Source: Phycisphaerae bacterium
GTDB taxonomy: Bacteria > Planctomycetota > Phycisphaerae > UBA1845 > Fen-1342
Direction of reading: 5' to 3'
Assembly: GCA_963675745.2 (NCBI GenBank)
Contig: CAXXWX010000003.1
Span: 160,001-224,000 of the forward strand
Length of the DNA stretch: 64,000 bases
This document shows positions 48,276-58,494 of the stretch, piece after piece. Every line of letters begins with the position of its first letter. Within the stretch, counting starts at the first letter, position 1. A program made the position numbers and the translations under genes. A model generated the notes under the pieces. It ran no database searches and had not been told where the DNA came from. It saw only the letters and a program-made list of their open reading frames with translations.

Positions 48276-49538
48276 TTAGCGACAACGCTCGGCGAATCTC
48301 TCGCGTGCCTCTGTCGCCGTCGGGAGCAGGTCCTCGCCGGTGTTGAGCCAGCGGCCGTCTTCGAGCGTCAGCGAACGCAGGTCGAATTGATGCTCGCCGG
48401 TCGGCTGGGTCAACCGGGCGACGACCGCCACCGTCTCATCCCCGCAGTACAAGACCTCGACGATCTCCGCGCTTCGCCACATGGCGGCCGCCGCGGGCGT
48501 AACCGTGTACGCGGGTTCATCGTCCGGCGGAAACGCGTCGCGCAGCGAGCTGGCGGAGACGCGCGCCCACGCGTTGTTCGTGGCGGCCACGCACGCCCGA
48601 TTGATGTTCGCGTAGGCCGCCTGGGGCGTGGAGAAATCCTCCACGTCGGTGAATTCGGCCACCGATCGGCCAACCGGAACCGCGCGTATAGACTGCCCCG
48701 CCGCTAGTGTCTCGCGCTTGCCGTCGTCGGCCCCTCCCGGTGGCTCGACGTGGGCCGGCGGACTACCCGCGCCGGCTGTCGGGGGTTGCAGCGCATAACC
48801 CTCCGGAATCGCTAACTCGAACAGACCATCGTCGAGCGGCACGTCAAAGCGGATGTCCCAGGCGACCGCGCGCTCGTCGTCGGTCGTCTCGCCTCGGTCA
48901 ATGCGCACCGGCAGGCCGGTCGGTGCATCAACCCAAACAACGAATTCCGCCGACCGCGAACCGTCTGTGGCCGGAATAGGCGCCGTTACACGAAATCCGA
49001 GAGCCGTCCGCCCGTCGACGAGATTGTTGCCAATGCAGCGCGAACCGCCGCTCGGCAAGTCGCGCAGCCACGAGTAGATGTCAAACCCGGTCCACGCCTG
49101 AGCCGGGACCAGGCGGGCGCTGTGCTCGCGTGCATCCAGCATCAACGCGCGGTGGGCGTCCTGGTCGACGATCATCACATCGCCGGTGTCGGATTCGAGG
49201 CGCATCCCATCGCCGGCCTTCACCATTACCCGGGCCGTACCCCAATGCTCGCGGAACTGAAAGACAACGGTCTGAGTTTGCAGCGTGCGTTGTGTCACGT
49301 CGGCGAGCGCCAATTGCTCCAGCTCCGCTGAACCGCGTATCACGTACGCCCCGACGGCAACGACGGCAATCACCGCCGCCGCGGCCCACCGTGTGTAGTG
49401 AATCCGCCGATACCGCGGGCCGGCGGCCTGTTCGTGTCGGCGCAGCGCCCGCACAGTGTCCGCATCCAGTGCTGCGCCCGGCCCCGCCGGCACCGGCGCC
49501 TCACGCAAGGCGCGCATGCAATCGTCGACAGGTGGCAT
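48276..49538 (-). CDS. putative anti-sigma factor (single TM, periplasmic LolA-like beta domain)
   Basis: Follows an ECF sigma remnant; RWAAAAVIAVVAVG TM, then ALADV...VWVDAPTGLPVRI...FELAIPEGY. Confidence 0.7.
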   Translation of the reverse strand: MPPVDDCMRALREAPVPAGPGAALDADTVRALRRHEQAAGPRYRRIHYTRWAAAAVIAVVAVGAYVIRGSAELEQLALADVTQRTLQTQTVVFQFREHWGTARVMVKAGDGMRLESDTGDVMIVDQDAHRALMLDAREHSARLVPAQAWTGFDIYSWLRDLPSGGSRCIGNNLVDGRTALGFRVTAPIPATDGSRSAEFVVWVDAPTGLPVRIDRGETTDDERAVAWDIRFDVPLDDGLFELAIPEGYALQPPTAGAGSPPAHVEPPGGADDGKRETLAAGQSIRAVPVGRSVAEFTDVEDFSTPQAAYANINRACVAATNNAWARVSASSLRDAFPPDDEPAYTVTPAAAAMWRSAEIVEVLYCGDETVAVVARLTQPTGEHQFDLRSLTLEDGRWLNTGEDLLPTATEARERFAERCR

Positions 49539-49547
49539 AATCAGTCC

Positions 49548-49740
49548 TCAACGCCCCCCGCGCGTGATTTCGGTGTCCAGTATCCGTGACAGCCGCAGGC
49601 GCGATTTCTGCAGGAGCACGCTCACGGCTCCAACACGCAGGTGCAGACAGGCGGCGATCTCTTCGTACGACAAGCCTTCCAAGTACCGCAGCGCGGCCAC
49701 TTCGGCCTGTCTCCGCGACAATCCGCGTCCAATCGTGCAT
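49548..49740 (-). pseudogene. ECF sigma factor with internal deletion
   Basis: RBS AAGGA + MHDWTRIVAE fused out of frame to region 4 LSRRQAEVAALRYLEGLSYEEIAACLHLRVGAVSVLLQKSRLRL; region 2 is absent. Confidence 0.8.
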
Positions 49741-49994
49741 CAGTGTCCTTGTCGGCGTGCGATCGTACGTCTACACAATATTGTCGCCCGCGGACGGCAT
49801 CTTGCTACCGTGAAATGCACAGGAACACACGACCCGGCCACCGGCGTCAGGCGACGACCGGGACGCCCGAACGAAAATGCCTGCTCACGCCGTTTGCATG
49901 CGCCACTTGCCCGGCGCGGCCGCGAGATTCGCAACCGCGGTCAAGAAGCGCCGGTCGGCGGCGGATACGATCCGGAAACGGAAGTGGAGAACCG

Positions 49995-50900
49995 ATGCTG
50001 ACGCAGTGGGACAAGATCAGGGCCGCGGAGCGGATGCAGGCGTATATCGAGTCGCACCTTGGCGACCGGATCACCATGGCCGCGCTGGCCCGCGCGGCGC
50101 GCTACTCACGCTGGCATGCCGCGCGGCTGTTCAAGGACATCACGGGCAAGACGCCGTTCGAGTACATCCGGTTGCGTCGCCTGTCAGCGGCCGCCGCTAA
50201 GCTCCAGACGACGCCGTGCAAGGTGATAGACGTCGCCCTTGATTTTGTCTTTGACTCGCACGAGGGCTTCACACGTGCCTTCGCCCGCCAGTTCGGCATG
50301 CCGCCGGCCCACTTCCGCAAGACCGGAGCGACCGTCGAGCTGTTCCTGCCTCCGCAGCTTCGAGACTGGTACACACGGAGGCAACGAGGAGGATTCGCCA
50401 TGACCGAAACCCGGAAACCCGAGACCGTTTTTGTGCAGGTCCTCGATTGGCCCGCCCGCAAAATGATCGTCAAGCGCGCCACGAAGGCGACGCACTACTT
50501 TGAGTATTGCGAAGAGCTGGGCTGCGACGTCTACGACCAACTTGCGGCCATCCCGGATACGCTCCAGGAGCCGATGGGCATGTGGCTACCCGAGGGTCTC
50601 CGGTCACCCGGGACGTCGCAGTATGTCCAGGGCGTCGAGGTCGCCGCCGACTATGACGGCGACGTGCCCGACGGCTTCAACGTCACCACGCTGCCCCCCT
50701 GCAAGATGATGATCTTTCAGGGCCCGCCGTACGACGACAAGGACTTCGAGAGTGCCATCGCGTCACTCTGGGACGTGATGAACACCTACCAGCCGGAAAC
50801 CTACGGCTTCAAATGGGCTGATGATGACGGACCCCGTTTCCAACTTCGGCCGGAAGGCTACCGCGGCTACATCGAGGGCCGCCCCGTCCGGCCGGTATAG
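49995..50900 (+). CDS. AraC family transcriptional regulator with C-terminal effector-binding (GyrI-like) domain
   Basis: MQAYIESHL...YSRWHAARLFK...FEYIRLRRL...FDSHEGFTRAF; RBS GGAG. Confidence 0.9.
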   Translation: MLTQWDKIRAAERMQAYIESHLGDRITMAALARAARYSRWHAARLFKDITGKTPFEYIRLRRLSAAAAKLQTTPCKVIDVALDFVFDSHEGFTRAFARQFGMPPAHFRKTGATVELFLPPQLRDWYTRRQRGGFAMTETRKPETVFVQVLDWPARKMIVKRATKATHYFEYCEELGCDVYDQLAAIPDTLQEPMGMWLPEGLRSPGTSQYVQGVEVAADYDGDVPDGFNVTTLPPCKMMIFQGPPYDDKDFESAIASLWDVMNTYQPETYGFKWADDDGPRFQLRPEGYRGYIEGRPVRPV

Positions 50901-50931
50901 ACCGGCACGCCGCAATGCCCGCCCGGCCCGC

Positions 50932-51087
50932 GACATCGACAACTACATCATGCCGCTGATCAATGCGATCACCGAGACGGAGTGCGTCTGGCACGATGAT
51001 GAGCAGGTTGATCCCCTCCTGATCGGGCGACAGCACGACAGCAATGCAGACGCGACCGCGATTGAGTTGGAGATCGATGTGATATGA
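50932..51087 (+). pseudogene. RusA-like Holliday junction resolvase C-terminal fragment
   Basis: DIDNYIMPLINAITETECVWHDDEQV matches the RusA pattern D.DN..K...DA......W.DD.QV with substitutions; no N-terminus. Confidence 0.55.
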
Positions 51088-51177
51088 CGGAAACACGCCA
51101 TCGCCGAGCCCCCCCGGCGGCTGTTTGGCTTTACGGGATGCGGTCCGCGCCACGCACAGCGTACGCTACAATGCCGG

Positions 51178-52896
51178 GTGACCCGGAGTAACTTCTTGCG
51201 ATACGGAGCAATCCTCCCGAGGCGACTCATGCGTTCGTTCAGTTCTTGTCCAGTGAAGCAGAACCTCGCGGTCGGTTTGCTATGCGCCCTTGGCAACCTG
51301 CAGGCCGAGGCGACGGGGCCTGCTTACGAGACCGATTACCAGCTCGCGCAATATCCACTGATCGTCGTCGCGAAGTGGAACAAGGCAGAGCTGACGCCGC
51401 ACGAGCTCGTTCGAGGAAACGTCCTTGAGAAGTTCGAAGTCTTCACCGACCTTGAAGTGGAACGCGTGATCAAGGGCGATCTGAAGCCCGGCCGGCACAG
51501 GATCATGCAGGGCTGGGGGATAGGCTGGCTGGAGGATGGAACCGGGCTGGCAACCTGGACGTCCACACATATTCTGGGGGACGTGGACGACGTCACCAAG
51601 CCCAATCTGTGGTTTCTCGACCGACAGCGGAGCTGGGACGCCAGCGACCGCACAGAATACCTGCACGTTCCACACTACCGCGCGATTCAGCCGCTCGTGC
51701 TTGAGCCCTACTTTCGCGCGGTTGCGAGTGAGGATGGTGATCAGAAAGTGCCACCCCTTCTCTCCTCGCGCGAGCAGTTGATCGTGCGCCGCGCCCTCGG
51801 TTACATCTGCGGTTACATCCTGCCGTGGCCGTATGAGCCACCAGCGTGGGACCTCTGCGAGCACCCCAAGAAGCGTGAGCGGCTACTTGTCGATGCCGCT
51901 CCTAATGTGGAGGGCGTGATTGCCGGTGGCCTCGAGGAGGTGCGTCCGCTGGCAGTCGCCGTGTACGCAGAACTGACGCAGAGCGATGGCCGCACACGAC
52001 TGCGCAGACTGCTGACCGACCAGAATCCGACCGTGCGCGGCGTTGCGCTCGGATTGCTCGCCCGGGAAAAGGACGCTTCACAGCTCGACGCGATGATCAA
52101 CGCGGCCGCAGGAGTGCGCGATGCGGAAATCGCATGCAAGATCGCGGATGTCCTTCAGGCCTGGGCGGAACCTCGAACCGCGCCGATTCTGATCGACTTT
52201 CTCGATAATGACGAATTCGCGTACCGCCACGGCGACGACGTCGGGATTCCGGCAATCAAGGCCCGCACGACCTTGCACAAACTGACGGGCTGTTGGTTTC
52301 CGTACGATTCTGCCGCAGCCTCGGAAGCGTGGTCCACAACTGAGCGTATCGGCGAACCCGAGCAGCGCCAACGGCACTTGGCGGAGTTGTTGCCTGATCC
52401 AGAACTCCCCGTGCTTGCGGAGCTGGTTGGCAAGCCGCGCACGCCCCCAATCGCTACGACACAAAGCAGTCTACCCGCACTGGCGCGCGCTATATCCGCC
52501 GGTATCACTGCGGGTCTGTTTGGGCACGAAGAAGGAGACGTCCTGGCCACGGTGCGGGTCCGTAATGTCGCCGGTCATCCGGTAACCATCGCCAGGATTC
52601 CCTCCAGCATCGAGCAGGATTGGCCGGCCGGTAGCTCCTCGCGACGGCTGCGGCCGCGCTGCGGCGAAATAACGCAGGCCGATTGTCTCACCCTCGATCC
52701 GAACGAAGGACTGGATCTGGAGATTATGCTCGACGGCAGCTTCCTGCTTGCAAAACCAGAGACCCGCAAGCTCACGCTCATGTACACCGAATTCGGACCA
52801 GCCCGGGGGCCGGGCAGATGGATTGGAGCACTGCCGGTTCGGTTCGGTGCACTGTGGAACGAGGAGCGGAAGCTCGGGCGCGTCGAGGAACGCTAG
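51178..52896 (+). CDS. exported hypothetical protein with HEAT-like repeats, probably prematurely terminated
   Basis: LRRLLTDQNPTVRGVALGLL-type helical repeats; sequence after the TAG continues PNGNLHAAG. Confidence 0.65.
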   Translation: MTRSNFLRYGAILPRRLMRSFSSCPVKQNLAVGLLCALGNLQAEATGPAYETDYQLAQYPLIVVAKWNKAELTPHELVRGNVLEKFEVFTDLEVERVIKGDLKPGRHRIMQGWGIGWLEDGTGLATWTSTHILGDVDDVTKPNLWFLDRQRSWDASDRTEYLHVPHYRAIQPLVLEPYFRAVASEDGDQKVPPLLSSREQLIVRRALGYICGYILPWPYEPPAWDLCEHPKKRERLLVDAAPNVEGVIAGGLEEVRPLAVAVYAELTQSDGRTRLRRLLTDQNPTVRGVALGLLAREKDASQLDAMINAAAGVRDAEIACKIADVLQAWAEPRTAPILIDFLDNDEFAYRHGDDVGIPAIKARTTLHKLTGCWFPYDSAAASEAWSTTERIGEPEQRQRHLAELLPDPELPVLAELVGKPRTPPIATTQSSLPALARAISAGITAGLFGHEEGDVLATVRVRNVAGHPVTIARIPSSIEQDWPAGSSSRRLRPRCGEITQADCLTLDPNEGLDLEIMLDGSFLLAKPETRKLTLMYTEFGPARGPGRWIGALPVRFGALWNEERKLGRVEER

Positions 52897-53108
52897 CCGA
52901 ATGGCAATCTCCACGCGGCCGGCAAGAAGATGTTCTCGCCACGTACGGACGAGCACGGACGACGGTGCTACCTCGCCGTGCGTTGGTCTACAAACGCCAG
53001 CACCTCCGCAGTTGCGTCGATTTCCACCCGCTGGAACGACCCGTTGCCGCGTGGGAGTCGCATCCACTGATGATCCATGCCCATGCACGGCGTACCGCGA
53101 ACCGCGGG

Positions 53109-55214
53109 CTAGCCACCCGCCAGCAGCGCGACAAACGGATCGACGTCGCCATTGTTGATCGTGCCGTCGTCGTTGATGTCAGCCGCCGCGGCGTCGCAGT
53201 CCGGGTACGCCAGAGCATATGCATCGGGATCGGTCAACGCCAAGACGAACGGGTCGATGTCGCCGTTGTTCACCGCGCCGTCGCAATTGAGGTCGCCCAA
53301 CTCCTGCGGGTCGCTCGTGATTGCCTCTCCACCGCCGAGCAGACACACGTCATCGATTTCGATGTCCGAGATCGGGCCATCAACGCCGAGCAACTCGAAG
53401 AGCATGCTGACCTGCGAGAGATCGACCGCGTCAGAGATGTCGGTCATGGGAATCTCGACCACGTGCCACTGTCCGTTACGAACGAAGCCGTACGGGTCGT
53501 TCCCGTTTTCGAACTTGATCCACTTCTGGCCAATATCGTCGACATTGCCGCTGCGCATACCAAGGAAGAACGGGGCCGTCGAACTGGTCTTCATCGCCAG
53601 GTGCAGCGTGCTTTCCGGGTAGCGAAAGGCCGTGAGGTTGTACTTGATCGTGGGTGTGAACGCCGCGCCAAACCAGGTCAGGCCCGGCGTCGAGTAGTAC
53701 GACAGACTGGCGGAACCCTCGAAGGGGGCTTGAACACCCGGCTGTAATGTGTTCTCCCAGATGTAAAACTCCCCGTCCACGCCGAGCGCGTATTCGCCGG
53801 CGGTCTTGTGGCTCGGATCTTCGGTGAAGATGCCGAAACTCCCATTCTCCGGCGTCGCGCGCGCCACGCTTGGCGACCAATACACATTGTCGATCCCAAA
53901 CTCGAAGGTGGCCGGCGGAGCATCGCCCGCGATCATGAACAGTTGATGGACGGTATTGAAATCGACGTTGAGGAACGCGTTCAGCGGGATGACCACTTCG
54001 TGCCAGTTACCGTCGCGCACCAGGCCGAACGACTGTTCGCCATCGATGAACTGTACCCAACTCTCACCCGCGGCCGAACTCTTGATGCCGATCTTGAATG
54101 GCGCCGTCGAGCTTGTCTTCATGTGCAAGTGCAGGTGACCGTCGGAGTAATTCTGCATGTTACGATCGATGTGTGAAAACACGCCCATGCCGAACCAAGC
54201 GCCGGCCGCGGCGGTCATGTTCCACGCCTCACTACCCTCATACGCATCAACCGGCCCCGCGGTCAGGTTGTTCCATAAATACAGCGACGCATCAACATCG
54301 TACGTGACACTATTGTTGACCGTAGTAGTTTCTGTGAATACACCGAAGTTCTCTATCTCGGCGACATCTTCCCCGAAATACAGCTCCGTATCACCGTTGT
54401 CGTACAGACGTATGTAGTCAACGTACATTCGGCCCGGGAACGGGGCCGTGATCAACGCCGGATCAGTAATCTCGACGAAGTTCCAGCCACCAACCGATAC
54501 ATTGGCGATGATGTACATGGGCGCGTGGAATTCCTCGAGCGAGTGGGTCTCAATATCGCTGATGTCAATCTCCCAGAATTGGGTACCATCGACTGACGTG
54601 CGGATGTGCGTCGGTGTCCACTCCACGGCGAAGATGTGGTAGTCGTCATAGAGATCCACGGGCCAATCGATCGAGCCGCCGAAGTCAGCCTGGCTGCCCT
54701 CAAAATCCCAAAACACGTGCGCCCCCACACGGCGGTTGACCACACCCGCAAGGAACGCGGCCCGACTGCCCACTTCCATAATGTCGAGCTCGCCGCAGCC
54801 CGGCCACGGAATCTGACCGACGTTGTTGCCCAAGAGCCAGAAAGCGGGCCACATGCCATTGTCCACGTCGGGCAGCTTTATTCGCGCCTCGAGCGTGCCG
54901 TATTTGAACGCCATGCGCCCATGCGTCACCAGGCGTGAGGAGGTGAACTCCTTGCCACCCAGGAAGTTTTCGCGACGCGCTTCGATCACCAGATTGCCGC
55001 TTTCGATATACGCGTTTTCGGGGCGGGCGGTGTGATATTGCAGTTCACCGTTGCCGAAGCCGCTACCACCAACGTTGTACGTCCAGGTTGAATGGTCGAT
55101 GTTGGGATCGGTGAACTCGTCAGACCACACCAGCGTCTGGGCGCCGGCCAACGGCGAACTCACCAACAGTGCGGCGATCCCCAAGCCACACCACGCTACC
55201 TGTTGAACCTTCAT
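53109..55214 (-). CDS. secreted GH16 (laminarinase-like) with two accessory beta domains and dockerin-like tail
   Basis: LVWSDEF, GNGELQ, SSRL, WPAFWLLG, WPGCGELDIME (ExDxxE); duplicated FGVFTE/FGIFTE...GLVRDGNWH/GFVRNGQWH domains; GDLNCDG tail. Confidence 0.92.
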   Translation of the reverse strand: MKVQQVAWCGLGIAALLVSSPLAGAQTLVWSDEFTDPNIDHSTWTYNVGGSGFGNGELQYHTARPENAYIESGNLVIEARRENFLGGKEFTSSRLVTHGRMAFKYGTLEARIKLPDVDNGMWPAFWLLGNNVGQIPWPGCGELDIMEVGSRAAFLAGVVNRRVGAHVFWDFEGSQADFGGSIDWPVDLYDDYHIFAVEWTPTHIRTSVDGTQFWEIDISDIETHSLEEFHAPMYIIANVSVGGWNFVEITDPALITAPFPGRMYVDYIRLYDNGDTELYFGEDVAEIENFGVFTETTTVNNSVTYDVDASLYLWNNLTAGPVDAYEGSEAWNMTAAAGAWFGMGVFSHIDRNMQNYSDGHLHLHMKTSSTAPFKIGIKSSAAGESWVQFIDGEQSFGLVRDGNWHEVVIPLNAFLNVDFNTVHQLFMIAGDAPPATFEFGIDNVYWSPSVARATPENGSFGIFTEDPSHKTAGEYALGVDGEFYIWENTLQPGVQAPFEGSASLSYYSTPGLTWFGAAFTPTIKYNLTAFRYPESTLHLAMKTSSTAPFFLGMRSGNVDDIGQKWIKFENGNDPYGFVRNGQWHVVEIPMTDISDAVDLSQVSMLFELLGVDGPISDIEIDDVCLLGGGEAITSDPQELGDLNCDGAVNNGDIDPFVLALTDPDAYALAYPDCDAAAADINDDGTINNGDVDPFVALLAGG

Positions 55215-55728
55215 CTTTCGCCGTCCTTATGTCGCGTAGTAAGAGACACGTGTGTTGTCGTGGCTATACCACGACACCTATCACATCGTAGTCAAAGCCG
55301 GGATTGAACACAACGAAACCGTAGGCTAACGCCGCCGTCCGTAACTGTTACGTTTTGCATAAAAGAGCCACAAGCGTGACTGGTCCTCTTTGGAGTGAAA
55401 CAGTTACATTCCAGCACTGACGCCGGACCATGCCACGTCCCCACTGTCCAGTCCTTGCTCGGAACCGTCCCCTATCGCGGCCTGCCCTGGATCGGCGTAA
55501 CGACCATGGGCGACCTGATTCACCAGACGTCGCGCGGTCGGCGAAGAGGCGTGTGGCTGCGCCAGATCACATGTTGCCCGGTGAATGCGGGCGCTCGGCT
55601 TCCTCACCCGCCGGATCGCCAATGCCCAGCACAGCGGCATCGTGCTACAGCTATCGGGGTTTGGGCTATGCCCCGCAGTTCTGTAAAATGAAGCACGGCT
55701 GTTGATGAAGCGCCTGAGGAGCGATCTG

Positions 55729-57177
55729 ATGCGGCGGTACATTCTGCACAGCACGGCGGCAATCCTGGTCAGTATCGCCACGACTACGGGGGCGAGGGCC
55801 CAGTGCCAACTCGCCAACCCGAGCTTCGAACTGCTCGGACAAGACGGCACCAACTTCGCCGGCTGGGAGCAGTACGGCAACGTCGAAATATCAACAGCTC
55901 TCGCTCCCCATGGCCAGTACTCCGCCAGGCTGTCCGGCAACTTCACCGGCGCCTGGAATCTCTCAGCATACTGGCAACCACTCGACTCAGATCCGGGGGA
56001 GCGCTGGCGCGTCGCCGTGCGCGTCGGCCACAACTCGTCCAACCCGCTGACAGGCGATACGCGGGCCATCCTCAATGTCGAGTGGCGTGACCAGAATGAT
56101 GACCTGATCGACTACGAATCCCATGTCATCGCCGACGCATCGACACCACCCGACACGATGCTTCGCATTGAGCTGGAGACCGCCGCCGCACCCGCCGGCA
56201 CCGTGTCCACGCGCCTGCTGCTGGGCGTGCTTCAGGGGCCGACAAGTGACCCAGGCGCGGCGTATTACGACCTCGCCGAGTTCAACAGCCTGACCACGCC
56301 CACAATCGATGACATTCAATGGAACGACTTCCCGGGTGGACGCATGCTGACGTTTGCTGACCACGTGTGGCGTGTCAAAGGGCCCGGCTACTACGGCCCC
56401 GGCCCCAGCCTGTTCGCCGACTCCGCCAGCCACATCTGGGTCGACGCGCAGGAGCGCCTGCACATGACCATCAAGCGCGTCAGCGACTCGTGGTACAGCA
56501 CCGAGATTGCGACGGCGGAACCGCTTGGATATGGCGACTATATCTTCACCACGGTTGGCCGCCCGGACACGTGGGACGATAACGTCGTGCTCGGGCTGTT
56601 CACGTTTCAGTATCCCGTGTGCTGGGACCCGGCCAACCCGTGGAATCTGCACAACGAGTTTGATATCGAACTCAGCCGCTGGAACTCGCCCGGCAACTCG
56701 ATGGGCCAGTTCGTCGCCCAGCCGTGGGACTACCCCGGCAACATGAGCCGCTACAACATGGATTTCAGCGGCGGCGGGCTGACCAGTCATGCCTTCCGCT
56801 GGCTGCCAGACCGCATCGAGTGCCGAGCCTGGTACGGCGGCCCGACCGACGAGTCAGCGGAGTCGTTGGTTCACAACTGGGCGTACTACGGCCCGCACAT
56901 TCCGCGCCCCGAGCAGCCGCGCGTACACATCAACTTCTGGCAGCTCAACGGCCCACCGGCAAGCGGCGCCGACCACGAGGCGATTATCGACACGTTCACT
57001 TTCATACCATCCTGCGACGACAGCAACAGCGAAGTCCCCTGCTTCGCGTTCTGCCTGAGTGGCCCCGACACAGCAATCCCCACCTCCTGCGCGGCGTTCG
57101 ATCTTGCCGGCGACAACGACACAGACCTCCACGACGCCGCCCTGTTTCAGCGATTCTTCGCGCCGACAAATCCGTAA
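55729..57177 (+). CDS. secreted CBM-like + GH16-like protein with dockerin-like tail
   Basis: QLANPSFE module, then LGYGDY, VLGLFTF, NEFDIELSRW (ExDxE), VHINFW; RBS GAGGAG. Confidence 0.75.
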   Translation: MRRYILHSTAAILVSIATTTGARAQCQLANPSFELLGQDGTNFAGWEQYGNVEISTALAPHGQYSARLSGNFTGAWNLSAYWQPLDSDPGERWRVAVRVGHNSSNPLTGDTRAILNVEWRDQNDDLIDYESHVIADASTPPDTMLRIELETAAAPAGTVSTRLLLGVLQGPTSDPGAAYYDLAEFNSLTTPTIDDIQWNDFPGGRMLTFADHVWRVKGPGYYGPGPSLFADSASHIWVDAQERLHMTIKRVSDSWYSTEIATAEPLGYGDYIFTTVGRPDTWDDNVVLGLFTFQYPVCWDPANPWNLHNEFDIELSRWNSPGNSMGQFVAQPWDYPGNMSRYNMDFSGGGLTSHAFRWLPDRIECRAWYGGPTDESAESLVHNWAYYGPHIPRPEQPRVHINFWQLNGPPASGADHEAIIDTFTFIPSCDDSNSEVPCFAFCLSGPDTAIPTSCAAFDLAGDNDTDLHDAALFQRFFAPTNP

Positions 57178-57272
57178 CCCGCGCCCATCCCATCTCATGC
57201 GGCATATTATAGGACGTGTGGGCAATATCCGCCCGACGAGCAGAATCTTCCGCAAAAAGTGCTGGAACGAGT

Positions 57273-57347
57273 TTGACGTGTGCCCGATACAATGTTACAT
57301 TGTTTCGTAATAGTTACGGTAACAGTATATGCACTTGTTACCGTCAG
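57273..57347 (+). promoter_or_regulatory. promoter and putative operator of the second LacI gene
   Basis: TTGACG (57273)-17 bp-TACATT (57296); palindrome GTTACGGTAAC 57313-57323 and similar GTTACCGTCAG 57337-57347. Confidence 0.6.
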
Positions 57348-57362
57348 TGAGGAGTTCATTTC

Positions 57363-58478
57363 ATGGCGTCAGTTCGTGATATCGCCGAGCAGGCGGGCGT
57401 CTCAATCGCCACAGTATCTCGCGCGCTGAACAATGATGCCGGCGTGAGCAGTAGTACGCGAGAACGCGTGCTCTCGATCGCCAATGGCGTTGGTTATGCG
57501 GCAACCGTTGGCCGGCGCGCGGCCAGCCATATTGGATTCGCCTACACCGGTGAGCAGAACTTCACCCATGCCTTTGAGGCCGCCGTACTGGAGGGTGTCG
57601 CCAAGGCCCTCGGCAGCAGCGGCCACAGCATGGTGCTGATGAACCTCAAACGTTCCAGGATGCCGGGTGAAAACTTCACACAGATGTTCATGCGCAACGG
57701 GGTGCGCGGCGTGATCTTGCGCGTGACGGCCGAATCTCGCGATCTGTGTCATGAGATCGCCGCCGAGCGCTTTCCGCATGTAGTTCTTGCGGAGCGATTC
57801 GAATCGCCCGACGTCTGCTGCATTGACTGCGATTCAAAGCCGGACAGCTTGCGAGCGGTCGAACACCTGATCGCACTTGGACACCGACGGATCGCGTTTG
57901 CGGTTCATAACGTACCAGACCGCGACCATCAGGACCGTTTTGAGGGCTATCGCGAGGCGCTGGCGCTGCACGACCTGCCGTTCGAGGCCAACTGGGTGTA
58001 TCGGCAACCGGCGACGCTGTCCGGCGGCGCTACGGCGTTCAAGATGATCATGAGCGAGCCGAACCGCCCCACCGCGATCTACTTCGCCGACTGGCTGCCC
58101 GCGGTCGGCGCGATCAAAGCCGCCCATGAGTTGGGCGTACGTGTGCCCGACGGCATTTCGATTGTGGGGTTTGACGATGCGCACATGCGGCACACGGTGC
58201 ATCCGCCGTTGACAGCCGTATGTCAGAACGCCATCCAACTGGGCAGCGAGGCAGCGTTGCGGTTATCGCAGATGCTGGCCGGACGTCGTCGCGCGCCGTT
58301 CCAGATTACACTGCCGAGTTTCTTCGAGATCAACGAATCCAGCGGCCCGCCCCCGGCCAGGCCGGAGCGCGTGAACCCCAACGGTCACAGCGCCGCGTAC
58401 CGGCCGAGCGCGGGCGACGTCGCCAGGGACACCACAGATTCAGCGGCTTCCGATGGTGCCGCTCGCCGAGACCCGTGA
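57363..58478 (+). CDS. LacI family transcriptional regulator
   Basis: SVRDIAEQAGVSIATVSRALN, LGHRRIA, SIVGFDD, PPLTAV. Confidence 0.94.
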   Translation: MASVRDIAEQAGVSIATVSRALNNDAGVSSSTRERVLSIANGVGYAATVGRRAASHIGFAYTGEQNFTHAFEAAVLEGVAKALGSSGHSMVLMNLKRSRMPGENFTQMFMRNGVRGVILRVTAESRDLCHEIAAERFPHVVLAERFESPDVCCIDCDSKPDSLRAVEHLIALGHRRIAFAVHNVPDRDHQDRFEGYREALALHDLPFEANWVYRQPATLSGGATAFKMIMSEPNRPTAIYFADWLPAVGAIKAAHELGVRVPDGISIVGFDDAHMRHTVHPPLTAVCQNAIQLGSEAALRLSQMLAGRRRAPFQITLPSFFEINESSGPPPARPERVNPNGHSAAYRPSAGDVARDTTDSAASDGAARRDP

Positions 58479-58494
58479 CACCAGGAGCACAGCC

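Noticed and set aside
52894..52896. Pyrrolysine or programmed readthrough at the TAG
   Set aside because: No pyl genes are visible and the downstream sequence is also frame-disrupted, so decay is the simpler explanation.
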